Source of the DNA: Candidatus Forterrea multitransposorum CG_2015-17_Forterrea_25_41
GTDB taxonomy: Archaea > Iainarchaeota > Iainarchaeia > Iainarchaeales > CSSED10-239
Direction of reading: 5' to 3'
Length of the DNA: 64,000 nucleotides
NCBI GenBank assembly: GCA_009392915.1
Contig: CP045477.1
Span: 416,001-480,000, forward strand
Shown here: piece after piece, positions 37,328-47,606 of the stretch
How positions within the stretch are numbered: position 1 is the stretch's first letter
How the letters are laid out: each line of letters opens with the position of its first letter
Program-made: the position numbers and the translations under genes
The notes under the pieces: generated by a model
Seen by the model: only the letters and a program-made list of their open reading frames with translations
Told to the model about the DNA's origin: nothing
Database searches by the model: none

Positions 37328-40150
37328 TTAAGAGAAAAGAGGTTTAAGATACTTTCCAGTATAACTTTTCTTTTCTTTTAAAATTTCTTTTACAGGGCCT
37401 TCAAAGATTATCTCTCCACCTTCATCTCCACCCTCAGGACCTAAATCAATTATCCAATCAGAAGCTTTAATAACATCTAAATTATGTTCAATTACTAAAA
37501 CACTGTTTCCCTTGTCAACAAGTTTATTTAAAACTTCAATTAATTTTTTAACATCATGGAAGTGAAGTCCAGTTGTAGGTTCGTCCAACAAATAAAGAGT
37601 CTTACCAGTATCTCTTTTAGATAACTCTTTTGTAATTTTTATTCTTTGTGCTTCTCCACCAGATAAAGTTACAGAACTTTGTCCAAGCTTAATGTATGAA
37701 AGACCAACATCCATTAATGTTTTTAATTTTCTTTTAAGAGAAGGTATATTTTCAAAGAAAGTATAAGCTTCTTCAACTGACATATCTAAAACATCAGCAA
37801 TTGATTTTCCTTTATATTTTACATCTAAAGTTTCATGGTTATATCTTTTACCTTTACATTCTTCACAATCAACATAAATATCAGGCAAGAAATTCATTTC
37901 AATCTTAATTTGTCCATCTCCAGAACATGCTTCACATCTTCCACCCTTAACATTAAAAGAAAATCTTCCTTGATCATACCCTCTTATTTTTGCTTCTTGA
38001 GTTTGTGCGAAAAGACTTCTGATATCATCAAAGACTTTTGTATATGTTGCAGGATTTGATCTAGGAGTTCTTCCAATAGGAGATTGATCAATAGAAATTA
38101 CTTTATCTATTTTATCTTTATAAATAATTTCTTTATGCTTACCAGGACTTTCTTTAGATTTATAAATATCATTCATTAGTTGTTTATATAAAATATCATA
38201 AATTAAAGTTGATTTTCCTGAACCTGAAACACCAGTAACAGAAGTTAAAACACCAGTTGGTATTTTTACAAAAATATTTTTTAAATTATTTTCTTCAGCT
38301 CCAACAATTTCTATAAAGTCTTTTGGTTTTCTAGTTTCTTTTTTAATTTCAACTTTAAGTTCTTTTGACAAATATTTTCCTGTTAAAGAATTTTTATCAT
38401 TTAAAATTTCTTTAGGAGTTCCTTTTGAAACTATATAACCTCCATGAACACCAGCTCCAGGACCAATATCAATTACATAATCTGCTTTTAAAATAGTTTC
38501 ATCATCATGTTCAACAACAATTACAGTGTTACCTAAATCTCTTAGTTTAAATAAAGTTTCAATTAATTTTTCATTATCTCTTTGGTGAAGTCCAATAGAT
38601 GGTTCGTCCAAGATATATAACACACCTGTAAGGTTAGTTCCTAAGTTGGTTGCAAGTCTTATTCTTTGTGCTTCTCCACCTGAAAGAGTTCCTGCCTTTC
38701 TTGAAAGAGTTAAATATCCTAAACCAACTTTTTCTAAAAATTCTAAACGAGAATTAATTTCTTTTAAAATATGTTTTGCAATTTCTTCTTGTTTTTTTGT
38801 AAGCTTTAAATTTTTAAAAAACAAAATTGCATTATTAACAGACATATCAGTAATATCAATAATTGATTTTCCAGAAATTTTAACAGCTAAGACTTTTCTT
38901 TTAAGTCTTTTTCCATGACATTTAGGACATGGTAAAGTTTTCATATATTTTTCCATTTCTTGTTTTCTATAATCAGACTCTGTTTGATGATAAAGTCTTT
39001 CTGTTTGTGGAATTAAACCCTCCCATACACCACTATATGAAAAGTTAGAAGTTCCATTCTTTCCAGAAAGATTAAAATCAATTGGATTTTCAGAACCATA
39101 CATTAAGATATTATATTGTTTTTTTGTAAAATCCTTAATTGGCATTAAAGGAGTAAAACCATATCTTCTTCCAACAGCACTTAAATGTTGTCCTCTCCAT
39201 CCATCAACAGCATTTCTATAAACAGCAATTGCACCATCTGCAATTGATTTTTCTTTATCAGGAATAATTAAATCAGGATCAAAAATCATTTTAATTCCAA
39301 GACCAGAACACTCTTCACAAGCACCAAATGGAGCATTAAAAGAAAACATCCTAGGTTCAAGTTCTTCAAAGGAAAGACCACATATAGGGCATGCCATTTT
39401 TGAAGAATATATTTGTTCTCTTTTTTCTTTTTGAGAATATATTTTTACAAGTCCATCAGGAGATTTTTTAATAGCATTTGTAACTGCTTCTATAAGTCTT
39501 GATTTTTCTTTTTCTTCAGAAGATATTTTATCAATAACTATTTCAATATCATGTTTTTTATATCTATCTAAAGTTATTGTTTCATCAGTTCTTTTTATTT
39601 CTCCATTAACTCTAACTTTAGTATATCCTTCTTTGTTTAGTTCTTCAAAAACTCTTTCATAAGTTCCTTTTTTTTGTCTAATGATTGGTGAAAGAATAAT
39701 TATTTCATCTTTAAAAGAATCTAAAATATTTTCTGTTAGCTTTTGAGGAGATTGATTTTCTATTTTTTGAGAAGGATGATCAGGACAAAAAGGAGTTCCA
39801 ACTCTTGCATATAATAATCTTAAATAATCATAAACTTCAGTAACTGTTCCAACAGTTGATCTTGGATTTTTAGAAGTTGTTTTTTGTTCAATTGAAATTG
39901 CTGGAGATAAACCATCTATAGAATCTACATCTGGTTTTTTCATCATCCCTAAAAATTGTCTTGCATATGCAGAAAGTGATTCAACATACCTTCTTTGCCC
40001 TTCAGCATAAATAGTATCAAAAGCTAAAGTTGATTTTCCTGAACCTGAAAGACCAGTAATAACAACTAATTTATCTTTTGGTATATTTATATCTATATTT
40101 TTTAGATTGTGCTCTCTTGCACCCTTAATAATAATATCTTTTAATGCCAT
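37328..40150 (-). CDS. uvrA: Excinuclease ABC subunit A (UvrA)
   Basis: 940 aa with a duplicated ABC ATPase. Walker A motifs are GLSGSGKST and GVSGSGKST, signatures are LSGGEAQR twice, and zinc modules include CPICG...CEECSG and CEACSGDG...CEECKG. Confidence 0.97.
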   Translation of the reverse strand: MALKDIIIKGAREHNLKNIDINIPKDKLVVITGLSGSGKSTLAFDTIYAEGQRRYVESLSAYARQFLGMMKKPDVDSIDGLSPAISIEQKTTSKNPRSTVGTVTEVYDYLRLLYARVGTPFCPDHPSQKIENQSPQKLTENILDSFKDEIIILSPIIRQKKGTYERVFEELNKEGYTKVRVNGEIKRTDETITLDRYKKHDIEIVIDKISSEEKEKSRLIEAVTNAIKKSPDGLVKIYSQKEKREQIYSSKMACPICGLSFEELEPRMFSFNAPFGACEECSGLGIKMIFDPDLIIPDKEKSIADGAIAVYRNAVDGWRGQHLSAVGRRYGFTPLMPIKDFTKKQYNILMYGSENPIDFNLSGKNGTSNFSYSGVWEGLIPQTERLYHQTESDYRKQEMEKYMKTLPCPKCHGKRLKRKVLAVKISGKSIIDITDMSVNNAILFFKNLKLTKKQEEIAKHILKEINSRLEFLEKVGLGYLTLSRKAGTLSGGEAQRIRLATNLGTNLTGVLYILDEPSIGLHQRDNEKLIETLFKLRDLGNTVIVVEHDDETILKADYVIDIGPGAGVHGGYIVSKGTPKEILNDKNSLTGKYLSKELKVEIKKETRKPKDFIEIVGAEENNLKNIFVKIPTGVLTSVTGVSGSGKSTLIYDILYKQLMNDIYKSKESPGKHKEIIYKDKIDKVISIDQSPIGRTPRSNPATYTKVFDDIRSLFAQTQEAKIRGYDQGRFSFNVKGGRCEACSGDGQIKIEMNFLPDIYVDCEECKGKRYNHETLDVKYKGKSIADVLDMSVEEAYTFFENIPSLKRKLKTLMDVGLSYIKLGQSSVTLSGGEAQRIKITKELSKRDTGKTLYLLDEPTTGLHFHDVKKLIEVLNKLVDKGNSVLVIEHNLDVIKASDWIIDLGPEGGDEGGEIIFEGPVKEILKEKKSYTGKYLKPLFS

Positions 40151-40511
40151 GAATTATCTTTCTTTTTAGCTTTAAGTATTTTTATAAAATAAATATAAAT
40201 ATGATTTTTAAATCATATAAAAGTAGTAATATAATATAGAGAGAAAATATTTATAAAAGGATGCAAGGTGCCTGGCCAATAAAGAAAATAAGAAGTTTTA
40301 AAGAAAATCTTTAACTTAAAAGGAGTAGATAAACCCAATAATACATATAAAATTAAAAAATAAGCATAAAATACACTTAAAACCTAAAATATACTAAAAG
40401 TTAACTATTTATTATGTAGTGAATATTTAAAATAAGGTATAAAGATTTATAAAGAGAAAAATACTATTTAAAATATTAAAAGTTTAACAATAAAAATAGA
40501 AAACTATTAAG

Positions 40512-40783
40512 TGTACAGGCACTTACTGGTCGAAAAACAGTTCAAGAAAACATTTAGCTTTATAAAATCTCAAGTCCGCAACCCAAAAAGCATCAAACAC
40601 TTAGGATACTGCTGCTTCCTTCCGGATCTGACAGGGTTTACTAAGATATTCGATCTTAATGGACGAACCGTCAGCAATTTTACAAAGAGTGCCTCCTTGC
40701 TTATTTGCCTTCCAGTAATAATCACTCCGGCTATGTAGATTTCCGGTAACAGGAGACTACAACCCCCCCAGCTAGCCTATACA
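40512..40783 (-). ncRNA. Signal recognition particle RNA (archaeal 7S-type)
   Basis: This is a GC-rich island in AT-rich DNA. The minus strand contains GUCAGAUCCGGAAGGAAGCAGCAG (about 40609-40633), the universal helix-8 motif (compare E. coli 4.5S GGUCCGGAAGGAAGCAGCC). The 5' Alu-like segment is GGCUAGCUGGGGGGUUGUAGUCUCCUGUUACCGGAAA. Terminal pairing UGUAUAGGC/GCCUGUACA closes the molecule. The ends are approximate. Confidence 0.8.
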
Positions 40784-40941
40784 AGTAATTAAAGTGACGA
40801 TACATTTAAAAACACTTTGGACAATATATATAACATAAAAATAATGTATTAATTCACTAAAAAACAAAAAAAGGTGTGTTAATACCTTATATACAAAAAA
40901 GAAGCTTAATTTAAGCTTATTTTAATAATGAGGTGGATTGG

Positions 40942-42054
40942 ATGAGATCAATTGTATCAAATGCAGTAGAGCACAAATCTGCAGCTGCTGAGAACATAAA
41001 CGTTAAAGACAGCGAATTTGCAGCCCCAAAGATCATGGTTATGGGAATTGGTGGTGCAGGAAATAATTCTGTAAATAGAATCTGTGCAATGGGTGTTGCA
41101 GGTGCACAACTTGTAGCTATTAACACAGATAGACAACACTTAGGTATCATTTCAGATGATATAACAAAATTATTAATTGGAAAATCAGTAACTAATGGTT
41201 TAGGTGCTGGTGCATACCCTGAAATAGGTGCAAAAGCAGCAGAAGTTTCAAAAGCAGCATTAGAAGAAATCTTAGATGGTGTTGACATGCTTTTCATTAC
41301 TGCCGGAATGGGTGGTGGAACAGGAACAGGTGCAGCTCCAGTAGTAGCTCAAATAGCAAAACAACAAGGTGCAATTGTAATGTGTATAGTAACTTATCCT
41401 TTCGCACTTGAAAGAGCACGTTTAATTAAAGCAGAAGAAGGAATTGACCTTTTAAAAGATATTTGTGACACAGTTGTTGTTATTGATAACAATAGACTTG
41501 TTGAATTAGTTCCAAACCTTCCAATGCAAGATGCTTTCAGAGTAGCTGATGAAGTAATTGCAAGAACAGTAAGAGGAATTACAGAAACAATTACTCAACC
41601 TTCATTAATCAACCTTGATTACGCAGACATAAGAACAGTAATGGGTGGTAAAGGATTATCAGTTATCGCTGTTGGTGAATCACAATCTGTTAACAAAGTT
41701 GAAGAAGTTGTTGAAGACACATTAAAGAATGCTCTTTTAGATGTTGATATAACTGGTGCAACAGGTTGTTTAATCCATATTACAGGTGGAACTGAATTAA
41801 CTTTAGGTGAAGCTAACGCTGTTGGTGAAATGTTAACTGACCAAACAGATTCAAATGCAGCTGTTATCTGGGGTGCAAGAATTGATCCTACTTTTGAGAA
41901 TAAAATAGAAGTAATTGCTATTTTCACAGGTGTAAAATCACCATTCATCAAAGGAAGTAAAATGTTTAGAGGAAAAGATTCACCACAAAGCTACAACGGA
42001 AGTGGCAAAGGTGGAAGATCTTACGATGACAACTATGGATTAGATGTTTTATAA
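40942..42054 (+). CDS. ftsZ: Cell division protein FtsZ
   Basis: GIGGAGNNSVNR and the tubulin signature GMGGGTGTGAAPVVA are present. I prefer the ATG at 40942, preceded by GAGGTGGA, over the track's GTG at 40933. Confidence 0.95.
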   Translation: MRSIVSNAVEHKSAAAENINVKDSEFAAPKIMVMGIGGAGNNSVNRICAMGVAGAQLVAINTDRQHLGIISDDITKLLIGKSVTNGLGAGAYPEIGAKAAEVSKAALEEILDGVDMLFITAGMGGGTGTGAAPVVAQIAKQQGAIVMCIVTYPFALERARLIKAEEGIDLLKDICDTVVVIDNNRLVELVPNLPMQDAFRVADEVIARTVRGITETITQPSLINLDYADIRTVMGGKGLSVIAVGESQSVNKVEEVVEDTLKNALLDVDITGATGCLIHITGGTELTLGEANAVGEMLTDQTDSNAAVIWGARIDPTFENKIEVIAIFTGVKSPFIKGSKMFRGKDSPQSYNGSGKGGRSYDDNYGLDVL

Positions 42055-42211
42055 GTAAAACATCTTTTCCTTTTTTTCTTTTTTTTATTATTTTTCTATT
42101 TCTTTAAAACACAACAATTTTTTATAAAAATACACTATTTTTATACATTTCTTTACACTATTATATTAGTACTTTTAACAAAAATTACAAAAAAAAGGAG
42201 TTTGAAAACAA

Positions 42212-44125
42212 ATGAAAATAAAAATAACATTTCCAGATGGTTCCATAAAAGAAATTGACTCTGGAAAAACAGCAGAAGAAGTAATAAGAGAAGAGATCGG
42301 TGAAGGTCTTTTAAACGCAAGCATAGCTGTAAAAATAAATAATGATATTAAAGACTTATCAACTCCAATAACGAACGATTGTGATTTTAAAGTACTTACA
42401 ACAAAAGATATAGAAGCAAAAGAAGTTTTATGGCATAGTTCAGCACATATCTTAGCTTATGCTATAGAAAAAATATATCCAGAAGTAAAACTAACTATTG
42501 GACCTGCTATTGAAAATGGTTTTTACTATGATTTAGATTTAGACACACCAATAACAGAAGAAGACTTTGAAAAAATAGAAAAAGAAGCTGAAAAAATAAT
42601 TTCAGAAAAACTACCTTTCATAAGAAAAGAATTTAGCTATCAAGAAGCAAAAGAAATGTTTAAAGATAACCCTTACAAAATAGAAATGATTGAAGATTTA
42701 GAAAAAGAAAATCAACCAATAACATACTATTCTTTAGGAGACTTTAAAGATCTTTGTAGAGGACCACACTTAAAACATTCAGGAAAGGTAAAAGCTTTTA
42801 AAGTTTTAAAAACATCAGGTGCCTACTGGAGAGCAAATTCTAAAAATAAACAATTAAAAAGAGTATATGGTATTTCTTTCTTTTCAAAAGAAGAAATGAA
42901 AGAATACTTAATAAAACAAGAAGAAATTGCAAAAAGAGATCATAGAAAAATAGGAAGAGAACTTGATCTTTATTCTTTCCAAGAAGAAGCACCAGGTATG
43001 CCTTTCTTCCATGATAAAGGTTCTTTTATCTGGAATAAACTAGTTGAGTTTGTTTCACAGATAATGGAAGATAGAGATTATGAAGTTAATAAAACTCCAT
43101 TAATCCTAAACAGAAGTTTATGGCTTCAATCAGGTCACTGGGATCACTATAAAGAAAACATGTATTTTACAAAAATAGATAACCAAGACTTTGCAGTAAA
43201 ACCAATGAATTGTCCAGGAAACATCTTAATCTATAAAGCACATCAATATTCATATAGAGATCTTCCTATAAGAGCAGGAGAGTTTGGTTTAGTTCATAGA
43301 CACGAACTTTCAGGAGTTCTTTCTGGTCTTTTCAGAGTAAGAGCTTTTACTCAAGATGATGCCCATGTCTTCTGTACTGAAGAACAACTAAAAAATGAAA
43401 TTAAAGATTTAATTGATTTCATGGATGTTGTTTATAAAACATTTAACTTCTCTTACAGCATGGAACTTTCAACAAAACCTGATAAAGCTATGGGTGACCC
43501 TAAGATATGGGAAATGGCAGAAAATACTTTAGAAGAAGTTTTAAAAGAAATGAAAAAAGACTTTAAGATAAACCCTGGTGATGGTGCTTTCTATGGTCCA
43601 AAAATAGATTTCCATTTAACAGATGCTATTGGTAGAAAATGGCAATGTGGAACAATACAACTTGATTTCCAAATGCCTGAAAAGTTTGATCTAACATATG
43701 AAGCTGCAGATAACACTAAAAAAAGACCAATTATGCTTCACAGAGCTGTTTTAGGCTCAGTTGAAAGATTTATGGGTATTTTAGTTGAGCATTTTGCAGG
43801 TAAATTTCCACTTTGGATCTCACCTATGCAAGTAATTATCCTTCCAATAGCTGATAGACATAACGAGTATGCAGAAAACCTAAGACAAGCACTTAAAAAA
43901 GAAGGTTTTAGAGCAAAGATTAACGATAAAGCAGAGACAATGAACAAAAAGATAAGGTCTGCTCAACTTGAGAAAATAAACTATATTTTAGTTATTGGAG
44001 ATAAAGAGCAAGAAAACCAAACAATAAATGTAAGAACAAGAGATGAAAAGATTTTAGGTGAGATGAAATTATCTGACCTTATTGAACAAATGAAACAAGA
44101 AATTTTAAAGAAAGAGATTAAATAG
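42212..44125 (+). CDS. thrS: Threonine--tRNA ligase (full-length, TGS + editing + class II core)
   Basis: It has an N-terminal TGS domain (KITFPDGSIKE) and an editing-domain WHSSAHILA. Class II motifs are HRHELSGVLSGLFRVRAFTQDDAHVF and MLHRAVLGSVERF. An AGGAG motif lies upstream. Confidence 0.95.
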   Translation: MKIKITFPDGSIKEIDSGKTAEEVIREEIGEGLLNASIAVKINNDIKDLSTPITNDCDFKVLTTKDIEAKEVLWHSSAHILAYAIEKIYPEVKLTIGPAIENGFYYDLDLDTPITEEDFEKIEKEAEKIISEKLPFIRKEFSYQEAKEMFKDNPYKIEMIEDLEKENQPITYYSLGDFKDLCRGPHLKHSGKVKAFKVLKTSGAYWRANSKNKQLKRVYGISFFSKEEMKEYLIKQEEIAKRDHRKIGRELDLYSFQEEAPGMPFFHDKGSFIWNKLVEFVSQIMEDRDYEVNKTPLILNRSLWLQSGHWDHYKENMYFTKIDNQDFAVKPMNCPGNILIYKAHQYSYRDLPIRAGEFGLVHRHELSGVLSGLFRVRAFTQDDAHVFCTEEQLKNEIKDLIDFMDVVYKTFNFSYSMELSTKPDKAMGDPKIWEMAENTLEEVLKEMKKDFKINPGDGAFYGPKIDFHLTDAIGRKWQCGTIQLDFQMPEKFDLTYEAADNTKKRPIMLHRAVLGSVERFMGILVEHFAGKFPLWISPMQVIILPIADRHNEYAENLRQALKKEGFRAKINDKAETMNKKIRSAQLEKINYILVIGDKEQENQTINVRTRDEKILGEMKLSDLIEQMKQEILKKEIK

Positions 44126-44181
44126 TTTCTCTTTATTCTCTTTTCTTTTTTTTTCTTTCGTTTTACTTTTTTTTAAAAAAA

Positions 44182-44481
44182 CTATTCTTCAAAATAATAA
44201 TTATTATCATCTTCAAGCTTTATAGCTTTTCCATTTACTAAAGCAGAAGAAATCTTTTTTCTAGCATCAATTAAAAGTCTATGAAAAGTAGGTTGAGAAA
44301 TATTCATTCTTTCAGCACATTCTTTTTGCTCTAAACCTAAAAAATCTTTAAGCCTAATAGCTTCAATTTCAACAAAGCTTAATACTTCTTCTTCAATTTC
44401 TCTTAAAGGTATTCCAGCTGGTTTAAAATAATTAGAGGATGGTTTATGTGAAATATTTCTCATTCTTCTTTTTCTTGGCAT
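44182..44481 (-). CDS. DUF134 (UPF0251) family putative DNA-binding protein
   Basis: MPRKRRMR...YFKPAGIPLREIEEEVLSFVEIEAIRLKDFLGLEQKECAERMNISQPTFHRLL is the characteristic DUF134 sequence. Confidence 0.85.
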   Translation of the reverse strand: MPRKRRMRNISHKPSSNYFKPAGIPLREIEEEVLSFVEIEAIRLKDFLGLEQKECAERMNISQPTFHRLLIDARKKISSALVNGKAIKLEDDNNYYFEE

Positions 44482-44500
44482 ATTTTAAAACCTTTTTTTC

Positions 44501-44836
44501 TTAATGTTTACAAGGAGTATTTAAATCTTTTAAATCAGCTATATTTTCAATTACTTCTTTTAAGAAATTATAATCTCCTGTTTTAAGAATAATATTTTTT
44601 TCTACAAATAAATCAATTGCTTTTTTACCCATACCTTTACTAAAAACTGTATCTATATTATTTTCTAAAATTTGATCTACTGGAGATTTAGAACTATTAT
44701 GATCTAAATAATTTTTAATAATTTTTAATTCTTTTAAAACTGTATCATATATTGCAAAAAAATTACAAGTTCCAAAATGATTGCTTAATTTTGAATCTAA
44801 ATTATTATTATCTTCTAATGAAATTAAAATTTTCAT
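44501..44836 (-). CDS. NifB/NifX-like (dinitrogenase FeMo-cofactor-binding fold) small protein
   Basis: The HFGTCNFFAIYD motif and the ~110-aa size fit this fold. I prefer the MKILISL start at 44836, preceded by GAGGA. Confidence 0.75.
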   Translation of the reverse strand: MKILISLEDNNNLDSKLSNHFGTCNFFAIYDTVLKELKIIKNYLDHNSSKSPVDQILENNIDTVFSKGMGKKAIDLFVEKNIILKTGDYNFLKEVIENIADLKDLNTPCKH

Positions 44837-44932
44837 AAATAAATCCTCTAGTATCATTTAATATTTTTAAAATTAAATATTTAATGAATATATATAAATA
44901 TATAAAGAAAAGAAATAAAAGAACTACTCTTT

Positions 44933-45067
44933 TTAAAGAGTAGCTCTTCTTCTAAGACCCCTTCCTTTTGTTTGAGAAACACTTTCTCTTTCAGGATTGC
45001 ATCTTCCTCTTTTCATTCCAGTCATTGATCCTTTTCCATCAGGACCAGTTCCGTCTTTATTCGGCAT
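44933..45067 (-). CDS. DUF5320-like small protein (44 aa, absent from the ORF track)
   Basis: The reverse strand encodes MPNKDGTGPDGKGSMTGMKRGRCNPERESVSQTKGRGLRRRATL*. The MPxxDGTGPxGxGxMTGxxxGxC start is the remembered DUF5320 signature, and that family commonly sits beside DUF134 and NifX-like genes. Confidence 0.6.
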   Translation of the reverse strand: MPNKDGTGPDGKGSMTGMKRGRCNPERESVSQTKGRGLRRRATL

Positions 45068-45090
45068 ATTAAATTCCTCCTTTTCTTTTA

Positions 45091-45149
45091 TGAATCTATA
45101 TTCATAATCATGTTACGAACAGTTTATAAAGCTATTGAATATATATTCA
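45091..45149. promoter_or_regulatory. Two TGAAT-N4-ATTCA palindromes in the divergent promoter region
   Basis: TGAATCTATATTCA lies at 45091-45104 and the perfect 14-mer TGAATATATATTCA at 45136-45149. They are 45 bp centre to centre, between the DUF5320 operon start (45067, minus) and the 45229 gene (plus). Confidence 0.35.
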
Positions 45150-45228
45150 TTTAAATAAAATACAAATATTTATAAAGATAATTAACAACATTAATTTATT
45201 AACAATAATAAATATAGGTGATATTAAT

Positions 45229-46158
45229 ATGGGATTATTTAAAAGAAAAACACCAGTTGTTCAAGAAAAAAAATCAGAATATGGACCAATTAACAGACTT
45301 GTAAGAAATGCTAAAGCAAAATCACAAGCAAAACAAAAAGCAAGAACACTAAAAGAAGTTGCAGAAATTAAATTTAATAAAATAAAAAGTGCTTTAAGAC
45401 TAAGACCTGCAAAAGTAAAAATAACTTATGAAGTTTTATCTAAAGAATATTCTTCTGCAGAAATTAAAAAAATAGATCAAAAACTTGCAATGCTTGAAAA
45501 AAGAGCAGAAGAAAGTCATAAAAGAATACTTGAACTTAAAGGTAAAACATTAAAAGATAATACAAATATCGAAGTTATTAATAGAAAAAAAATTGCACAA
45601 CAACTTCTTAAAGGAGAAGAAGTTAAAAGTATACCTAAAAGAAACGCAATTAATCCTGAAAGCTTAGAGGCAAATAAAGGAACAAAAGCATCTACTAAAA
45701 CCTTAAAAGAAATTGAAGCAGGAGATAAAAAAGTTTTAAAAACAAGAGAACTTGACAAACATTTTACTTCAGAAAAGAAAAGAGCAATGGTTTCAAAAGA
45801 AATAAGAAAAGAAATTGAGAATGCAAGATTAATAAATAAAGAAATTGCAAGTATTCAATCAATAAAATTTAATGACATTATAAAAAATCAACTAAAATCT
45901 TTTGGAACAATAGCAGAAACTAAACAAGCAAGAGAAGAAATTATTAAATCTCTTTACAATAAATATGAAAAAGGAGCAATTAATTTATCTGGTTTAAGAG
46001 ATTTAATTAAATATTTATCTGTTGAAGTTGAGATTGGTAAAAAAATGAATATTATAAATTCTGTTGAAAATGCAAACACTTATCTTTTAGGAAATGCTCA
46101 ACTTATAAATGAAATAAAAGATATTTCTGAAATAAAAAAGAAATTTAAGTTTTTTTAA
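45229..46158 (+). CDS. Lys/Glu-rich coiled-coil hypothetical protein
   Basis: A 309-aa uninterrupted ORF with heptad-like charged sequence. No motif recognised. Confidence 0.5.
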   Translation: MGLFKRKTPVVQEKKSEYGPINRLVRNAKAKSQAKQKARTLKEVAEIKFNKIKSALRLRPAKVKITYEVLSKEYSSAEIKKIDQKLAMLEKRAEESHKRILELKGKTLKDNTNIEVINRKKIAQQLLKGEEVKSIPKRNAINPESLEANKGTKASTKTLKEIEAGDKKVLKTRELDKHFTSEKKRAMVSKEIRKEIENARLINKEIASIQSIKFNDIIKNQLKSFGTIAETKQAREEIIKSLYNKYEKGAINLSGLRDLIKYLSVEVEIGKKMNIINSVENANTYLLGNAQLINEIKDISEIKKKFKFF

Positions 46159-46164
46159 AAAAAA

Positions 46165-46728
46165 TTAAAGTTTCTTTGAATAAATACCCCAAAGATAATC
46201 TTTTTTATCTTTGTGGGTTCCTATTTTTTTTAAATTAAAAGAAAGATGCTTATTAATTGATCTTTTATTTTTTATTGGACTTTCTAAAATCTCACAAATA
46301 TATAATGAAAAGTCTAAAGACTTTGCATGTTTAAACATCTCTTTATTTAAAGACTCTCCAATTTTTGGAAAACTTCTATTTGAGACTAACTGTTTACCAA
46401 AAAGAACTTTATTTTCTTTTAATAATTTTTCATCAACATCTATTTCTTCTAAAAAACTAGGATTAAGTTTAATATATTTCTTTAAACTATAAGCTAAAAA
46501 ATAACCAACAACTTCTTCTTTATTTTTTGCAACAAAAAGGAAAGTATTTTTACATCTTAAAGATTTTAAAAGATTTTCAATTGAGACTTCATAGACTAAA
46601 AAACCATTATCTGTAACTTCTTTTTTATTTATTTTTAAATTATATTCTAAAAGTTGAGATTTTTGTAAATTATATATTTGTAAAATATCGTTTTTTTTAG
46701 CTTTTGTAATATTTATTTCTGAATTCAT
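46165..46728 (-). CDS. Possible GNAT-like acetyltransferase
   Basis: NDILQIYNL..., LFVAKNKEEVVGYFLAY and the size suggest a GNAT fold. Motif A is weak. Confidence 0.35.
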   Translation of the reverse strand: MNSEINITKAKKNDILQIYNLQKSQLLEYNLKINKKEVTDNGFLVYEVSIENLLKSLRCKNTFLFVAKNKEEVVGYFLAYSLKKYIKLNPSFLEEIDVDEKLLKENKVLFGKQLVSNRSFPKIGESLNKEMFKHAKSLDFSLYICEILESPIKNKRSINKHLSFNLKKIGTHKDKKDYLWGIYSKKL

Positions 46729-46774
46729 AGGTTATTACCAATTAAAATTATATTTTTCTTTTTAAAAAAAAGAA

Positions 46775-46856
46775 TGCAGGGTACAGGATTCGAACCTGTG
46801 AAGCACTAAGCAATGGATTTTGAGTCCATCCCCTTTGACCGCTCGGGAAACCCTGC
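46775..46856 (-). tRNA. tRNA-Leu (CAA)
   Basis: The minus strand reads GCAGGGT...ATGGA-CTCAAAA-TCCAT-long variable arm-ACAGG-TTCGAAT-CCTGT-ACCCTGC-A. It is class II with anticodon CAA. Confidence 0.9.
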
Positions 46857-46920
46857 TATATAAATATATTAAGAGAAGATATGTTTTTAAAAAGAAGTTA
46901 AAAGAAAATAATATTTATTG

Positions 46921-47520
46921 TTACTTAAAAAGATTTAAAATTAATAAAAAAACAGACAAAGAAATAAAAAAGAACAATTCAAAGATACCAGTGAAACCAA
47001 ACAAAAATAACATTAAAAGAGAGCCTCCTAAAGTTATTAAAAACCAATTAAAAGATTTTAGATATATTTTCTTATTATAAGAAGAAAGATATTTAGAGAA
47101 TAAAAATAAAGAAAACATTAAGAACAAAGAAAACAAAAAAGCAAATATATTATGAAAATTAAAAAAAGAAGTATTTTTAATTTCATAATCAACAAACTCA
47201 TAATCATTTTCAACAAAAGTGTTATCAATGGTTGGAGTTAAAACAGTCAATACTAAAAAAAGTATTGAAAATAAAAGAAATTTAAAAGATTTTTTATCAT
47301 GATAATTATATTTTTTATAAATATTATATATAGTTATAAATAATAAAATACCAGTTATCAATCCCCAAACTATAAACTTAAGCTTATAATCAAATAGATT
47401 TCCTATCTTACTTAAAGTATACTCAAAAGGAGATTCATTAAAGCTAAACCATAAAGTAAACAAAGGTATGCTTATTATAAAATAAGTTAAAACAGTGTTA
47501 TTAAATTTAGTAAAATACAT
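46921..47520 (-). CDS. Polytopic membrane protein, unknown function
   Basis: Five to six hydrophobic helices, 199 aa. Confidence 0.5.
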   Translation of the reverse strand: MYFTKFNNTVLTYFIISIPLFTLWFSFNESPFEYTLSKIGNLFDYKLKFIVWGLITGILLFITIYNIYKKYNYHDKKSFKFLLFSILFLVLTVLTPTIDNTFVENDYEFVDYEIKNTSFFNFHNIFAFLFSLFLMFSLFLFSKYLSSYNKKIYLKSFNWFLITLGGSLLMLFLFGFTGIFELFFFISLSVFLLILNLFK

Positions 47521-47606
47521 ATATATTCTAATATAATATCATGCAATAATTATTAAAAATAGTATTATTTTTAAAATAAAAAAAAATAGAAAAATAATTC
47601 TAAAAA

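Noticed and set aside
40511-40738. 75-aa plus-strand ORF from the track
   Set aside because: It coincides with the GC-rich SRP RNA on the opposite strand. It has no coding-like composition or start context and is an artefact of stop-poor GC-rich sequence.
40917-41951. Minus-strand ORFs (126, 60 and 110 aa) inside ftsZ
   Set aside because: They are antisense shadow ORFs of the Gly/Ala-rich, relatively GC-rich ftsZ gene. FtsZ motifs unambiguously fix the coding strand.
44501-44857. NifX/NifB-like protein as evidence of nitrogen fixation
   Set aside because: No nifH/D/K/E/N/B genes are present. This small fold is widespread outside diazotrophs, typically with DUF134/DUF5320, so no nitrogenase inference is justified.
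46820-47080. 86-aa plus-strand ORF
   Set aside because: It starts inside the tRNA-Leu gene and runs antisense to a membrane protein gene. Its Lys-rich product is typical of A-rich non-coding frames.
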